Counted from the first letter of the stretch, positions 40,913 through 54,942 are shown. The stretch is DNA of 64,000 bases from Lama glama (GCA_028534125.1 CM052816.1:33482001-33546000), one strand, 5' to 3'. The notes: generated by a model not told the origin, from the letters alone. Translations and numbers: made by a program.

Positions 40913-41048
40913 GGGGGGAAGGTATAGTTCAAGTGGTAGAGTGCATACTTAGCATGCATGAGGTCCTGGGTTCAATCCCCAGTACCTTCTCGAAGAATAA
41001 GTAAATAAGTAAACCTAATTATCTCCCCTCACTGCCCACCCCCAAAAA
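40913..41048 (+). mobile_element. tRNA-derived SINE (camelid Vic-type)
   Basis: Pol III A box TAGTTCAAGTGG and B box GGTTCAATCCC. Tail aataagtaaataagtaaacctaattatctcccc. 19-bp TSD at 40893-40911 and 41055-41073 (2 mismatches). Confidence 0.9.
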
Positions 41049-41286
41049 GGATGGTCAGTCACAGTTTAATCCAGTGTTTTCCAAATTGTATCTGCTAGTC
41101 CTCTGAGATACTTCTCAGGGAAGCAAAAAAAATTGTCCTTGATCAAATAAGTTTGAGAAATAGTCCAAAACCACAACGTACTCGAGCAAATTAAAGAATG
41201 AAAAGCCCTAGAGCAAAGTTTAATATAACATTTCTCAAATTTATTTAAACACAGAACCCTTCTTTGGCTTTACAATTATTAACATC

Positions 41287-41776
41287 TGTGATGGCTAGTT
41301 TTATGTGTCAACTTAGCTGGGCTATAGTAGCCTATAGCCTTAGTAGGCTATAGTTATTCAATTAAATACCAGTCTTGATGTTGCTGTGAAGGTACTGTGT
41401 GGATCTCATTAACGTCTATAATTAGGTGACATTAAAGTATAGGAGGTTATCCTAAATAATATGAGTTATAATTCAACTAGCTGAAAGGCCTTAAGATGAA
41501 AACTGATGTTTCCCTGAGCAAGAAGATATTCCACCTCAAGGCTACAGCATCAGCTCTTGCCCAAGAGTTTCTAGTCTGCCTGCCTGCCTGCCCTACAAAT
41601 TTTGGTCTTGCCAGCCTCTACATCACATAAGCCAATCACTGGAAATAAACAATATTTAAGTAAATATGCATTTATATTTTATGATATTTATAATGTAAAG
41701 TAAATAAATGCACACGTGTGGGCATGTGTATATTAATTACTAGTTCTGTTTCTCTAATAGAACTCTGACTGATAAA
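41287..41776 (+). mobile_element. Solo ERVL LTR (MLT2D-like)
   Basis: Start tgtgatggctagttttatgtgtcaacttagctgggcta; end gttctgtttctctaatagaactctgactgata. Perfect 5-bp TSD ACATC at 41282-41286 and 41777-41781. Confidence 0.9.
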
Positions 41777-42039
41777 ACATCCCAAGGAACTAATGTTTCA
41801 CATGGCTTTCGTTAGGGAACACAGTAAATTCCCATCTTCTACAGCAGTAAAATCCTACCTCCCACAGCATAACTGTAATCAGATACCAGGAGCTATTTGC
41901 TTGAACTTAACCTAATTTAAGGGACACAATAAATATTGCTAGTTCCTGCTCAGCATCTTTCTTACCAGCACCCACACCCAAGTTGGAATTGCCCAAGTCC
42001 TAAAAGTAGATCCTGATTGACATTACCAAAAACTGTAAT

Positions 42040-42440
42040 CTCTTCCCCTTAGTCTCTTTGACTTGTTCAAGTATGGTGGTAACACAACCATAAGTCAATT
42101 AGTGCACAGACACCCCCCTGGTCATGCTGATCAGCTCTGCTTTATTAAATGGTAGAAGGCAGTGAAGAACTCTACTGTCCTGGGATGATAATGACTGGTT
42201 GTCAACATCAGGACTTAAACCGCTGCATCTTGCTACCATGAGGAAAACTGGCATGAAGACAAGCCAACACACCTAGGAGGGCAACATTGAAAGAAATACA
42301 GAGAAATAAATCTGTGTTTCAAGTCAAACCACATATAAAACTTGAAAAACCTCTGGATTTCAGTTATTTGAAGTTAATCCATTAATTAATCCAATTAATC
42401 CATTTCTTTGTGTACGACAATCTGAGCTGGGTTTCTTTTG
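42040..42440 (+). mobile_element. MaLR LTR (MLT1J/K-like)
   Basis: gcatcttgctaccatgaggaaaa..gaagacaagccaacac..ctctggatttcagttat..atctgagctgggtttct. Confidence 0.62.
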
Positions 42441-42688
42441 GCACTTCAATGTATACTTGTTGAATTGCACTTGCACATAACACTATCCTAATTAATTAAA
42501 GGGAACATAGAAGAGGTAAAAATTGAGTATATAAGAATAGAAAAAGCTCTGTTTGAGGATAAATGGACTGGGCAGGACAGTGGAAGAGGGATAAAGGAGT
42601 TCGCTAAACAATTATGTCAATACAAGCTACATGCTACCCAACTGTTGTAAGCAGAGAAGAACATGTGTGTCTGGATGAACTGTCAACA

Positions 42689-42845
42689 CCAGGGCTCCTT
42701 AAACATCTTTGAAAATGTAATGAAAGCTATGCTCACTTTCCTCAGAAAAATGATTACACCCATAATATTTCACTTTCAGTTTTAGGAGTTTCATCGAGCC
42801 CTAAAACATAGGCATAGTCCTACGGATTAAAGTTTGGAATTTCTG
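42689..42845. mobile_element. hAT-Charlie MITE (MER117-like)
   Basis: cagggctccttaa..tttgaaaatgtaatgaaagctatg..ctcagaaaaatg matches the recalled MER117 consensus. Confidence 0.55.
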
Positions 42846-44521
42846 CTCTACATAGTGGCAGGAAAAACTGTTAACATCGATGCTTGTTATAAATAGATGT
42901 AGAAGAATAAAACTAAAAATATGGTTTGGCTGAACACAGGTTATACAAATTACAGTTACTTGTGAGAACCATTTACTCCTAGGACTGCTAACATTGTCCA
43001 CACGATTATGACATACACATCCAACAGAATCTTATAGTAAGTTTTATTTACATCAGTAAACTTTGTCCATGATTGCTCAGCACTTCATGGCACACAGAGC
43101 AAAGTCATTTTATCGCTTTAAAAAAGGTTAAGGGAAAATTTATCAACAGATTGACAGTTAAGAGGTTTAAAAAGTGAGATCAGAGAATCAATTTGGGAGG
43201 TAGCAGTCAAGTGGAACTCACTTATCACTTTTTAATGGAATTATGAGGATAAAAATCCAGATTGAAGGGGCCAAAGTAAAAGTTGCTTGAGAGACATTAA
43301 AAAATGGCAGTGCTGACTTAGGTCAGAGAAGGCAGACTAAGAAAGGAAGAAGAGATAGGGTACTATTATTAGTGTGTACATTCTTCAGCAGGGCTTAGAC
43401 ATAGTCATGTGAACAAAAGAAGTAAGACACTGTTGCAATTTTCCTTGTTAGAGATAATGAAAATTTCTGCCATTTCTATCAACAATAAATAAATTTTTTG
43501 AATCAATTAAAGGAATTTAAAACCTAACTTGACAGCCAATCACTGTAGTCAGCAAAACTACTGAGGTTAGGAAGAAAAGACAATATTTACTTAATGCAGA
43601 TCAGGTGCTGGTATATTAACTGAACTATCCAACATATTTCTCTTATAAATAACTTTTTGGAGTCAACAGTGCCTCCAACAATAAAAAAATAGGCTTGGTT
43701 TCATGACATGTGTAGGAACCATAAAAACATCTCTATGTAACTTTTCCAGTTCCTAAGAATTGCTAAGTACTGGAGTAATATAGTAATCAGGCCATCTGCT
43801 CAAACATTCTATTTTCTTCCCTAGAGTCAGTAAGAACAAATAAAGGCTATTTATTTTATGTTATATTTTAATATAGGTAGCCTTTTTAAAGTGGGTGGGG
43901 CACTTGACATATTTCACTAGTTTCTTAATGAGTTCTGTAAGAATGAGAATCTCAGCCCCCCAATTACCCACCAGCAAGAATAGAATGCACTCTGACATGC
44001 ATGCTAGGACTCTTTAAGTGTGATTTCAATATATTTAGAGACAGAGGTTTTCTTACAAGGTGAATGAACATTATCCAAAATGTGAAAGAAGTATAAAATA
44101 TTATCCATTGTTTAATAGTTTTGCTGCATTTTAATTTTTAAGACTATTTCTCTGCCAAAAAAATATGTAAACACAACATACAAAGTAGAAAATTGTGCCA
44201 ATTTAAAAATCATAACCTGTAACAGCTTCTTGGACATTAAGAAATTTTGTAATCTAAAATAACTCAGGAAAGCTTTAGGAAGAAGAGCCAGGACTAGCTT
44301 AAGCCCAGGTTTCTGCAAATGGCACTCATGAGGAAAATAAGTGTCACAGAGTCACACAGAGGACCAAGGTTCTGGCCCAGTTCTACTACTAACTAGCTTT
44401 GGAGAGCTGGGAAAGACGAGTGCCTTCCCTTTGCTTGGTTTCTAAGAGGCTATTTAGCTCCACAGTCATGAAAATCTAAGTCAGAATCTTAAGAATAGTG
44501 TAGATGTATGCATTTAGCCAC

Positions 44522-44525
<4 letters not shown>

Positions 44526-44566
<41 letters not shown>

Positions 44567-44582
44567 ATATATATGTATATAT
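44526..44582. repeat. (TG)17 plus (TA)-rich compound microsatellite
   Basis: Directly visible. Confidence 0.97.
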
Positions 44583-45039
44583 TTAATTTTTTTAAACAAT
44601 TTGAGGCTTGACAATACCACCAGCCTGGTCTCTTTTTGAAAATAAGAGGAAACCATTATCTATGCATCTTTTCCAGATATTTGCCTAAATTTCAACTCAG
44701 GCTTCAAAAGGTGAAAAGTAAACAGGAGAGGAGGGCAGAGGAGGGGAGGGAAGGAGAGGGAAAAAAAGAGGCTAGTAAAATTTCCAGTTACATTAACTGG
44801 AAGTCATAATATAACCTTTATCCTAGCAGAGCAGTCAAAAGTCTTCCCTCTGCCAGAGCCTCTGGAGGCCCAGCGAACAAAACAATCTCAGAGGTGCGCC
44901 AATCAAGATGCAGAGGCAGAAGGGACTGCTAGCAGTGCCCCAGAGCTATAGAGGCAAAGTTTAAGATAGACTTCCTCTGAGTTAGACAAGTCTTTCCTGT
45001 GCTCCCATGAAGAAGATAAAGGTGTTTATATAGTAGACA

Positions 45040-45860
45040 AGGAGTGTGTGGTGTGAAGGGGTGCTGTTTGGGAAGGGGACAATGGAGATGAAGTGAGACA
45101 GCATGACAGATCCTGCATGAGGAAAAACAGCTGGTCAGGCTGGAACCCAAGGTGAGAATGCAGGCTTGGTGGGCATAAGGCAGGAAAGCAACACGAGCTT
45201 TTCTGAAAGACCTGCTGTCCATGTAGAAAGGTTCCACATCCTTGATGGGATGGAATAAAAGAGTCTAAGCAGGGGAGTGACATAATCAAACAGCCTTTGA
45301 AAGGTCACTTTCCAAGCAAAGTGGGAAATGAATAGGGTGACTAGAGATAATATTTAAGGTACCAGAACAATACTCTAGGAAAGAGTTCCTAATAAATTGA
45401 ACTAAGAGGACCAGTGGTCAGAGGACCCCTGATTTAAAATATATGTAACAGAGAGAAATCACACCTAGTGACCTTTATTGAATGTGTGTAATATATATAT
45501 GCTGCCAAGGACTTTATAATGCATGATCTCACTGAATTCTCATAATAAATGTATGAGATTATTATACCTCTTCTGAGGTTCAGGAAGGATAAGTGACTTT
45601 CCCAGGATCATAAATCTATTAAGTGAAAGAACATGTCTTATTAGTGGGGATGAAGGAGAAATCCAGAATGTCTCCCATGATTCCAGGTGGGGAGCTAAGG
45701 TGGGTGGTGGTAATACTTTCTGAGATGGGGTACACAAGTAGAAGAAGAGGTTTTCCAATGGCTATAGGTTGGGGTGAGAGAAAGACAGAGTCAGTTTGAA
45801 TAGCTTGCATTAAAGATGCCTATATGGTCTTCTAATGGAGAGTTCAGCAGGTCATCTGAA
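45040..45860 (-). mobile_element. L2 fragments with an embedded MIR piece (about 45500-45630)
   Basis: taagcaggggagtgacataatca..tttgaaaggtcact; aggagaaatccagaatgtctccc; ttcaggaaggataagtgactttcccaggatcata (MIR). Confidence 0.55.
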
Positions 45861-46184
45861 ATGAGAGCCATTTCCATTATGAATTATGCACCTACAAGAC
45901 ACATACAGAGACCAGCTATTGTCTAGAGCTGATTTATCTCCATCAAAACAAGAATTTCTGACTTCATATCTTTCCCTTAAACCCTCGTCTCCAATATATT
46001 TCATTGTCTAAGCACAAGATTCCTGGGACAGCTTCTATCAGATTCAAAATTTCTCTGTCCAGTACATTCCCAATTGCATGAATTATGGTGGCGGTGTATT
46101 TTTAAAAGAATTTCAGAAAATGACTTAAGATATTCAATTATCTTACATACCTCTAAGGATTTATTAGTGATAAAACAGTATCTC

Positions 46185-46760
46185 ACAAATCTTCCTTACA
46201 GAAGAACTACAAATAATATAATATAGTGAGCAGGGGGAGCTTAATCACCCTCCCAAGAATGGGCTCAGATTTAGCTTTAGCAACTCCAGTTCCAAAGATG
46301 AGACAGAGGAGAGAAAAGGTTAAGTACTAACTATGCAGTGGAGAAACCTGGCAGACACCACCTCTACCAAGTGACGAAGGTTAGAATCACTAGAGATGTC
46401 AGGCAGTTTTGAGTCTCCCAGATATGATGTGACAAGAAGGGATTTTCATTTCTGTGGTATTCTTTCCAAAAACTCACAACCCCAGTTAATCATGTGTAAA
46501 AATGACAGGCAAACCCAAATTGAGGGGGCATTCTACAGGACATCTGTCCAGTATTCCTCAAGACTGTCAAGGTCATGAAAAACAAGTAAAGACTGAGAAA
46601 TTGTCACATATCAGAGAGGGTAGGGAAATATCACAACTAAATGCAATGTGGTTGCCTGGATTAGATCTGGGGAAAGAGGACATTAATGGAAAAGCTGATT
46701 AAATTCAAATAAAGCCTGGAGTTAACAGCAAAATATATATATACATATTATTTAAATAAA
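46185..46760 (+). mobile_element. L1MC-type 3'UTR fragment
   Basis: gtggagaaacctggcagacaccacct..caaacccaaattgaggg..cattctaca..ctgtcaaggtcatgaaaaacaag..agactgagaaattgtcaca. Confidence 0.82.
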
Positions 46761-47979
46761 AAGTCTCATGCAGTACGTACACAGCTTTTTTGCTTAATAC
46801 ATAATTTTTAAAAATCTTTGCAATAATCCTGTGAGAAAGGCACTAGTATTTTCATTCTACAGATGAGAAAAGTGCAGCTCATTACTGTTTAAAAAATTCA
46901 TTAACAATAGACAGTTAATAGGTACCAGAGTTGGAATGTACTTTTACACCACCACAGCTGCCACAGGGGGTTCTATTAATAACTTCTAGAGTCACTGGTT
47001 CATTTGACGTGGCCTGGAGCCCTGCTTTTTAATCTCAGAGTCAGCCTACAGCCAACTGATATCCAGAATCTTGGAATCAGAAGAAATCTCAAAAGACTGT
47101 GATATCCAATTACCTTCTCCACACTCCAAAATTAGGACCCTCTACCTTAAATGACACCCAGGTAAGACATACCCTAAATCATCTGGCCTCTATTTTTCCC
47201 CCCTTTTCCTACTCATATGTATCTCATTAATACCTTCCTTAAAGTTTTTAATTTGTTTTCTTAAGTGCTGCAAAGAAATCTTTTCACTAGAAAAGAGACT
47301 AAGACAGAGACTTAATAGCAGCTACTAAAGAAATACATGATGAAACTTCATTTTACTATTTAGGTACCAAGTTAGAGATATACATTCTTTAGGTATGGGT
47401 AATACTTACATCATTTCACCACAAGAATAAGCAGATGAAAGCATGGTCACAGACCCAGAGAAACACTTGAGTTCTGGGTCCTGAGAGAGGTTGTTCAAGC
47501 GACCGTGTGAGTTGTGCCAGAATGCATGTCCTGATGGAAACATATGATACTCAAGATGTGCCAAGTTTTATTTTTTAATAGCTGAGCTTCTAATTGGCAA
47601 CAAAAGAAATCCTGTGCCAGCTGCTGAGGAAATAATGTGCTGGGAGCTGGCAGACACAGGCACTTAGGAAGCCAACAGGTATGGATATGGATGTACAGCG
47701 GACACCAAGGTGCTGGTGCCTGGAAGGCAGCTTCAGCCATCCCAGATAAAGCACATGTGGTGCTATACTCCCTATGAAGTGGGTCTCTGGACTATGCCCC
47801 CGACATTTAGGAGAACAACAATGGTGGGCATCTGGGAAAGGAAAAGAACATCACTTTCCTCAAACTCTGCCTGCCCATTAGCCTAGATTAACTTAGGTTA
47901 GCTTCTGAGACACAGCAAGCAGATTCTGAGGTTATCACCAGCCAGAAAAACATCAAAGTGGGGGAAAGGGGCATAAAAG

Positions 47980-48358
47980 CATCTTGGTTGGCTCAACTGC
48001 TATAATAAATTATCATAGACTGGGGGACTTAAACAACAGGTATTTATTTCTCACAGTTTTGAAGGCTGGAGTTTAAGACCAGAGGGCTAGCATGGTAGAG
48101 CTCTGGTGAGAGCTCCCTTCCTGGCTTGCAGACTGCTGCCTTCTTGCTGTGTCCTCACATGGCAGAGGGAGAGAGAACATGCTCTCTGGTGTCTCTTCTT
48201 ATAAGGGCACAGATCCCATCACGAGAGCCCTACTCTCATGACCTCACGTAACCCTAATCACCTCCCTCAGAGGCCCCATCTCCAAACACCATCACATTGG
48301 GTGTTAGGGCTTCAACATAAGAATTTGAGGGGCAGACACAAACATTCAGGTCATAACA
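47980..48358 (-). mobile_element. Solo MaLR LTR (MLT1A-like)
   Basis: Minus strand begins TGTTATGACCTGAATGTTTGTGTC. Body ctggcttgcagactgctgccttcttgctgtgtcctcacatggcagag..ttataagggcac. Confidence 0.9.
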
Positions 48359-49384
48359 AGGGGAGATACAAGGAAAATGGAATGGACCTGGGCTCTGACA
48401 GGACAAGAGGAATAGGGAGAAATGAGGCAGGGACAGAGACTCAAAACAAGAAGTAGACCTGGAGAAGAAGTGGCCTTCCTTAGGCCCTTCAGCCCCATCT
48501 CTGACCCTCTTTTTCCTATGCACAGTCTTTCTTTCACCATACTCCCCTCGCTCTGTTGTCAAAAATAGAGGTGGGGACATACAAATTTTCTAGAATAATT
48601 ATTTTGAGAGTGCATAAAAATTATGAACGTAAAGTTAATGATCCTACTTGGAAGTTATGTCAAGGAGGGACCTTTTTTTTAATCAAAGAATTAGACATCT
48701 CAATTGATGGTTTAAAAATAATAACCACAAATAAAGATAGACCCAGGACAGACCACTCATGATCTCATCTCCTGCATGATCCTCTCCTTACCTCTTCCTT
48801 CTCCTCCTGTGGTTAGGCAGGGTGTGTGTTACAGGACTATGTTACAGGACACAGCTAATTGATTACATAACCACAAATAGGTCATAAGTCAAGCTTTTTT
48901 AAAAGAATGATTCCTTTGTCATTTTTAAATTAAAATAATTTTAAGTGGTTCCCTTTAATAATTTTTACTATCACTAAAGGAAGTAAAAAATGAGCAAATG
49001 TAACAATAAGCACATGTTTCTAAAAAGAGGTGAGGCATTTAAAAATCACAAAATAAGAATAAAAATTATTTAAGACTTTCCCAACACATTTAAAATAAGT
49101 CTTTGGAGCTTAGAGCCCTACTTACTTCAAAAGCTGCTCTGTCTCCTGAACACACAGTAAAGAACTAAGGTAATCATCCAGAGAATTCAACTGGAAGAAA
49201 AGACAGATGCAGACGTTTGTGGCCAGAAGGTACCTCAGAAGTAGATGATCTAATCACAGACGGTCACACTATTCCCTGTCATACAGAGACAGGGGTCCTT
49301 TAAGACAGAACAGCCTGATAAAAGATCAGAGCCCCTTGGATTACGAAGGACTTTCAATTGCAGAAGCCCTGCTGGTACAACTGA

Positions 49385-49990
49385 CTCACTTACTCAACAA
49401 ATATTTACTGAGTGCTTACTATTTACCAGGCATTGCACTAGGCCTGGGGACACAGTAATGAACAAAGGAACAGAGGCCCAGCCCACAGCAGCTTACATTT
49501 TAAAAGAGGGACACAGGCATTGAATAAATAATTTCACAGTGTGCTGGTTTAGCAAAGGGTCTGCGTAGGGAAAACATCCTGAAGAAAGAGAGATTTAAGA
49601 GTGTGTTAGTTTTCCGGCAGCTGTTCATCTAATTCCTCTAGTATTTATTCATTCACTTGCTATTCCATAAACACTTATTAAGCACTTAAGGGGGGCAGTC
49701 AGTAAGCTGGAGAATGTGCTTAGTAGCGAGGATGAAAGATGCATAACATTTGGGGTTCCTCTGCCTGAGGAGCAGATGCTCTGGTGGTGAAGACCACAAC
49801 ACATTAACCTGTAAGACAATGAATGTCTGACATACTATGAGAGCAGGGAGGCAGGAGAAGCCTACTGTCTTGGAGATAGGGTGACTATCCTGGAAGAAAA
49901 AAAAGGGGAAGCGCATTTCAGGCCAGGACAGTTTCATGCAACTGTCCTGCATGAAGATATGAGGATTGTGAGGAGTCCTTGAGGAAGGCA
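49385..49990 (-). mobile_element. Two L2 3' fragments
   Basis: tactcaacaaatatttactgagtgcttactatttaccaggcattgcactagg..cagtaatgaacaa; a second tail at about 49645 (ttattcattca..aaacacttattaagcactta). Confidence 0.7.
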
Positions 49991-50019
49991 GGTAAGAGAA
50001 GGGCACTGTAGTCTGACAA

Positions 50020-50540
50020 CTAATCTTGAATCCCAGCTCTGTGCCCTTCCCCAGCTGTGTGAGCTTGGACAAACTGCTTGAGGAGCCTCAGGCTCCTCAT
50101 CTGAAAAATGGTGCTGGTGATATGATCACCTTGTTGTATTACTGAAAAGCAATGTACATAAAAACGGTAAAACCACAACACCAAGTTCCTGGTAAACACT
50201 CCACGGTGGTAATTAAGAGAAGTGGTAGGGAGTGAGGATGGCAGGCAAGTTGAGGTTAGACTGCTAAAAGAGCCAGGTAAGCTGGACTAAGGTATTTCCC
50301 CTGCAGCTACCTAATTTGAAATCATTATCTGCTAACTCTGACCTCATGCCCTATCTCGGGAACAGTAAGTTTACATGCCAGTTATGGAGCTAAGTCTTTT
50401 TACGTAAGTGATATCATTTCATTGTCACAGCAAATTTGTGGTGGGTATACCACCCCAATCTTCATTTTACAACTGAGGCTGAGTGAGGTCCAGTGTTATG
50501 CCCAAAGGGACACAGCTATCAAGTAGCAATTTTATTCTGT
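50020..50540. mobile_element. Two MIR fragments in opposite orientations (about 50020-50200 plus; about 50360-50540 minus)
   Basis: ttgaatcccagctctg..gctgtgtgagcttggacaa..gagcctcaggctcctcatctgaaaaatgg; cattttacaactgaggct..gcccaaagggacacagcta. Confidence 0.72.
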
Positions 50541-53289
50541 CTCTTTTCCTGCCTGCACCCTGCACTACCTAGCTCAGCTCTTATCTTAGTGCCCGCCTTG
50601 ATCAGCAGTCCTTCATCTCCACCCTCAACTGTCCAGAATGGCCTACTTGCTGCCCCAGGCTTGAAGCTTTCCTGGATAGCTGCCTTAACCAACCCACCCC
50701 TTTGGCAGCAGCTTCCTGAGGATCACTCCCCTCCACCACCTGCCAGCTCCAGCTGGGGCCAGCACTCTGCTGCCCCTTCCGGCCTTGGCCAGAACCTCAT
50801 CTGCTCCAGGGGTCCTCAGCTCAGTCCTGACATGTCATTTCCCTGTTATCTCAAGATCTGAAAGAACAGTTTCATTTGCTGTGGATTATTCTGAGAACTT
50901 CCTCAGGTTTCCACTCCACTAATGTGGCACACATACACATTACAAACTTGGTTTATTATGTGCTTAGTCAGCTTCTAGATACAGGTTATATTCAGAAGAG
51001 CTTCTCACAGGTTTATCTCATTGAACACTTTTATTAGCTTCTGTGTTCACATTGAGGCAAAAAGGAGAAGGACCCAGAGTCCCACAAGAGTCACTAATGT
51101 TTCCACTCATACAAGAGATCCTCAGAGGCCTATTATGACTGAACACTCTAAGCCAGGCTGATTTATTAAATTATATATTTTGACTTTGGTTACATCTAGT
51201 AACACAGTCTCATTTTCTCAGTGGTTGTCTTAATAGGGATCCTTGAAAAAATAGATAACATTCACTTGAATGAACAGGTAGCAGTGTATTTACATTCTGT
51301 TAAAGATAAAACTTGGACTGACTTGTCACAACTAAACAACAATTTTGTACATCTGTTAGAGTCCCAGATGGAATGTTGTCATCAAGTTACAGTACTGACT
51401 AGCTGTCCCTTCAAGACAGTACAGGAAGTAAGGCACCCAAGCTAAAAAGTGCAAGATTCTGTGCAATGAATGGTAAAATGCAAGCAAAAGTCCCCACTGA
51501 ACAGTCCATAGGAATGAAACTAGGAAGAAATCATTCAAATACTGCATTATAGGTAAAAATAAATGTGTGAACATAATCACAGATTTGCTATTCTCTACTC
51601 TTCTTCGTTCTGGCTTGTAATATTAGTCAAATTCTGTCTATAATCATGACATAAAGCAAAAAAGTACAATCAGTGAAGAATGCTAGCTGCCACAATCCAG
51701 TAGAGAACACAGTTAAGAGCAAGTCTTATGCATTACTTTTTCAGGAGACCATGCTAATCAGAGGGTTGTCTAAAGTCTAGCCTTTTTTATTTTTTGAAAA
51801 ATATTTTTGTACCTAGTGAATTTTTCAACTATATCACCCTGAAGCATGACTTGAAAAGTAATTAAGTGATGACAATGCATTTTTTAACTGGGTTAAACTC
51901 AACATCCTGGCTCTAATGCCCACAACTCTCCCAAGTCCTGCGCACCAAACACTTCAGGCAAATGCAGTCAGCTGCCTAAGCCAGCAGCTGACAAAATTTA
52001 CCATGAAGTAAGTTAGGTAGTTTGAAATTGAGGTTCTTACAAATAATTTGAATTTTGGGTTCAACAACAAAGAAAAACAGAATTCATTTAACCCTCTGCT
52101 TGATGGGTAGGTAAGCTGTATTCCTTTTCTCTTTTTATTTTCTCTGCTATATGACTTTTTTGGTTACAATGGCAGTTAAGTTCTTATCAAAACCTTTCAT
52201 CAGAGGTAGTTTAAAATGCATAACAAGTGCACCCACTTCCCCTTTCTGAACAAAGTCACAGTTTGCGATATGATTTCTTTTTTGTTTGCATTTTGGTCTA
52301 TATATTTGCTTTAAACTGATTTTCATAAAGTAAAATCTTAGTATTTAAGTATAAATAAAGAAGCTTACATAGTAAACACTTAGAACCATCATTCTTTGAT
52401 CCAGTAAGCATCCAATAAAATATTCTGGGCACATGCTCCCAAATTGTGTCTACTTATGTACCTATAAATGCAATATATAGGCTACCATGCTAATATATAA
52501 TGTTCTTTTCAAAATATTCAAAAACAAAAAAGCAAAAATTAGAAAAAAAAAGATTCTCTAATACTTTCTTCTGGCACTTCCCTTATATTTCACCTCCTGG
52601 ATATGAACATCCCACTTTGGAGACCTCTGCTTTAGTCAAAATATGACTTTAGTTTAGCTCTAAAGACTACTCAAAATAAAAAAGAAAAATTTTCTTTCAA
52701 AAAATGCTTATTTAAACAGTCTCAATTTAGAGGACCTAATCAGTGCCTCTGAGATACACGCACAGCATATAGGACTATTAAACATACAGATAAAGTATAA
52801 GTAAACAGAAAAATGAATTAAACTTTACTAGTTAGAGGCAAATCTTACAGTAGTTTGTATTATTTTTGTCATAACTGTTGCTTCAAACATAATAGAAGAA
52901 TGATCAACTTGAAACCTATTAAATATTATATACAAAGCAAATAACTCTCCAATAGTCTTTGAACAGGAATGCTGATCAGAGTATAAAAATTTAACTTAAA
53001 CACACTTCAAGTAAAACTCCTCCATTTTCAGAAACATGAATGAATAAAGATAGCCAAAGTGCTACATAGGTAAGAAATGCAACTGATTCAGTTTCAATAG
53101 GTGCAGAAAATGGATGACAATGCACTTAAAAGCTTGTGCTCACTGGAAAAACTAATATTGGGTTGACATGTTCAAAGCAAGAGGGAGATTCAATGTAGTT
53201 CTTTGAATAAATAAAGTCTTGATATCATCTTAACCTGAAATTCTCCTGTAACTGAGAAGCAGCAGAATTTTAGCTTGACTGATCTAGGG

Positions 53290-53712
53290 CAGGGGTCAGC
53301 AAACCAGGGGCCAAGGGTCTAATATGGCATTCACTTGTTTTTGCACAGTCTGCAACTGAAGAACAGTTTTTATTGTTTTTTAAAATTGAAGTACAGTCAG
53401 TTACAAGATGTCAGTTTCTGGTGTACAGCACAATGTCCAGGGCATGCATATAAATACATATATTTGTTTTGATAGTCTTAGTTTTCACATTTTTAAAGTG
53501 GTTTTTAAAAATCAAACATGGAAGAACATTTTGTGATGTGAAAATTATGCAAAATTCAAATTTCACTGTCATAAAGTTTTATTGTAACACAGTCATGTGA
53601 ATTGGTTTCTGTGTTGTTTATGGCTATTTTCACTCAGTCATCAGAGTGCACAGTTGCCACAGAGACCTGTGGCCCACAAAACCTAAAATAGTTATTATCT
53701 GTCCCTTTACAG
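53290..53712 (+). mobile_element. MER58B-like hAT element, interrupted by an antisense L1 3' end
   Basis: caggggtcagcaaac start; tgaaaattatgcaaaattcaaatttca; cagagacctgtggcccacaaaacctaaaata..tatctgtccctttacag. Confidence 0.88.
53373..53479 (-). mobile_element. Short L1 3'UTR end
   Basis: T-rich tail, then attgaagtacagtcagttacaa..gtttctggtgtacagcacaat. Reverse complement parallels 40325-40380. Confidence 0.75.
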
Positions 53713-54942
53713 GCTCCTTATACCCAGTATAGGTAATTGATCTTAATCCCTTCAATCCCACACTTCCTCTTTCTTATTCTAGTCATAGACTGTGGGAGGG
53801 TTTCTTTTTTCTTTCTGTTTCTATAGCCACCTTTGCTCTCATTATGGTTACTTTCTCTTTATCTACAATTTTGGCTTTCAGATGATACAAACTCAGCCAT
53901 TTTTTTACAGGCTTTCTCTGATACCAACTAACCTTCCTAACCTTATCTGCAACTACAATGTTCATGCTTTGCAAAATTTGCAAAATAAAATGTATACCCA
54001 TTTTTCTGCCAGTTTTTTGCCTTTTTTAAGAATGTACTTTCCACCTATTATGCTCATCACCAAAGTTCCACCTACCATAATAAAAATCCCACCAAATTTC
54101 AAGGTTCACCTCTCCTATAAGACACTGCAATCTTCCCAGTTGTAAAGACTGCTGTAATTCTCATTATCTCAATCTGGTATTAGATTTATTGATTTGTTTA
54201 TGTCACATAGATTTATTGTTTGTGCCTTATTATCAGTATACTATATATATTTGGAGGCCAAATAGTGTTTGGTTTATCATATTCATTCATACTCTAACCG
54301 TCTCGCCCTGTCTCACACACACACAAAACCAACATAAATTGCCTAGCTCATAGTTATTCAAAAGGTCAGACCCATAACAGAGAAGTCTTCAGGTGGTGCA
54401 AAGACTTGAAATTAAATAACAAGGAATCAAAAAATAACACCACCATTCTCTTTTCAATATTTTTCAATTGTTATGATTACATCAAGAAGAAAACCTCAAT
54501 TTGTGCTACTGTGGTTTTAACTCTACTAATCTTTGATAATCTCCCTTTTCAACAAAGAGAAAACAATTCTCAGGCTTAGAGCCTTCTGTAGGCAAGCATT
54601 TCTAGCTACAGTTTAATAAAAATGCTCTGTTTTTATTGCAATTTATTTTACAATTTGCTTCTATTTATGGCATGAATACTGGTTTTCAATGTAATGAAAT
54701 AAGTATTCTCAGTAAGTAAACTTAGGTTAACAAGAATTAGTTGACTTAAAAATATGAAGCAATTATAGCAAAGGTTGTATGCATATATGACAGAAATTAA
54801 TGGTATTACATAAAAATCGGAGAAATATTTGGTGGTAGCAAATAATAAAGCCAAATGACTTTAATCCATCAACTGTCCTGTTGTTAACTACCTACAAAAC
54901 TAAAAGGAAATCATGTAAAAGACTAGATTTATGCTTCTGAGA

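Noticed and set aside
40913..40985. tRNA gene
   Set aside because: Followed by a SINE tail and flanked by a TSD; no convincing acceptor stem.
49686..50861. 128-aa and 122-aa ORFs
   Set aside because: They overlap L2/MIR remnants, begin at non-ATG codons and show no protein family features.
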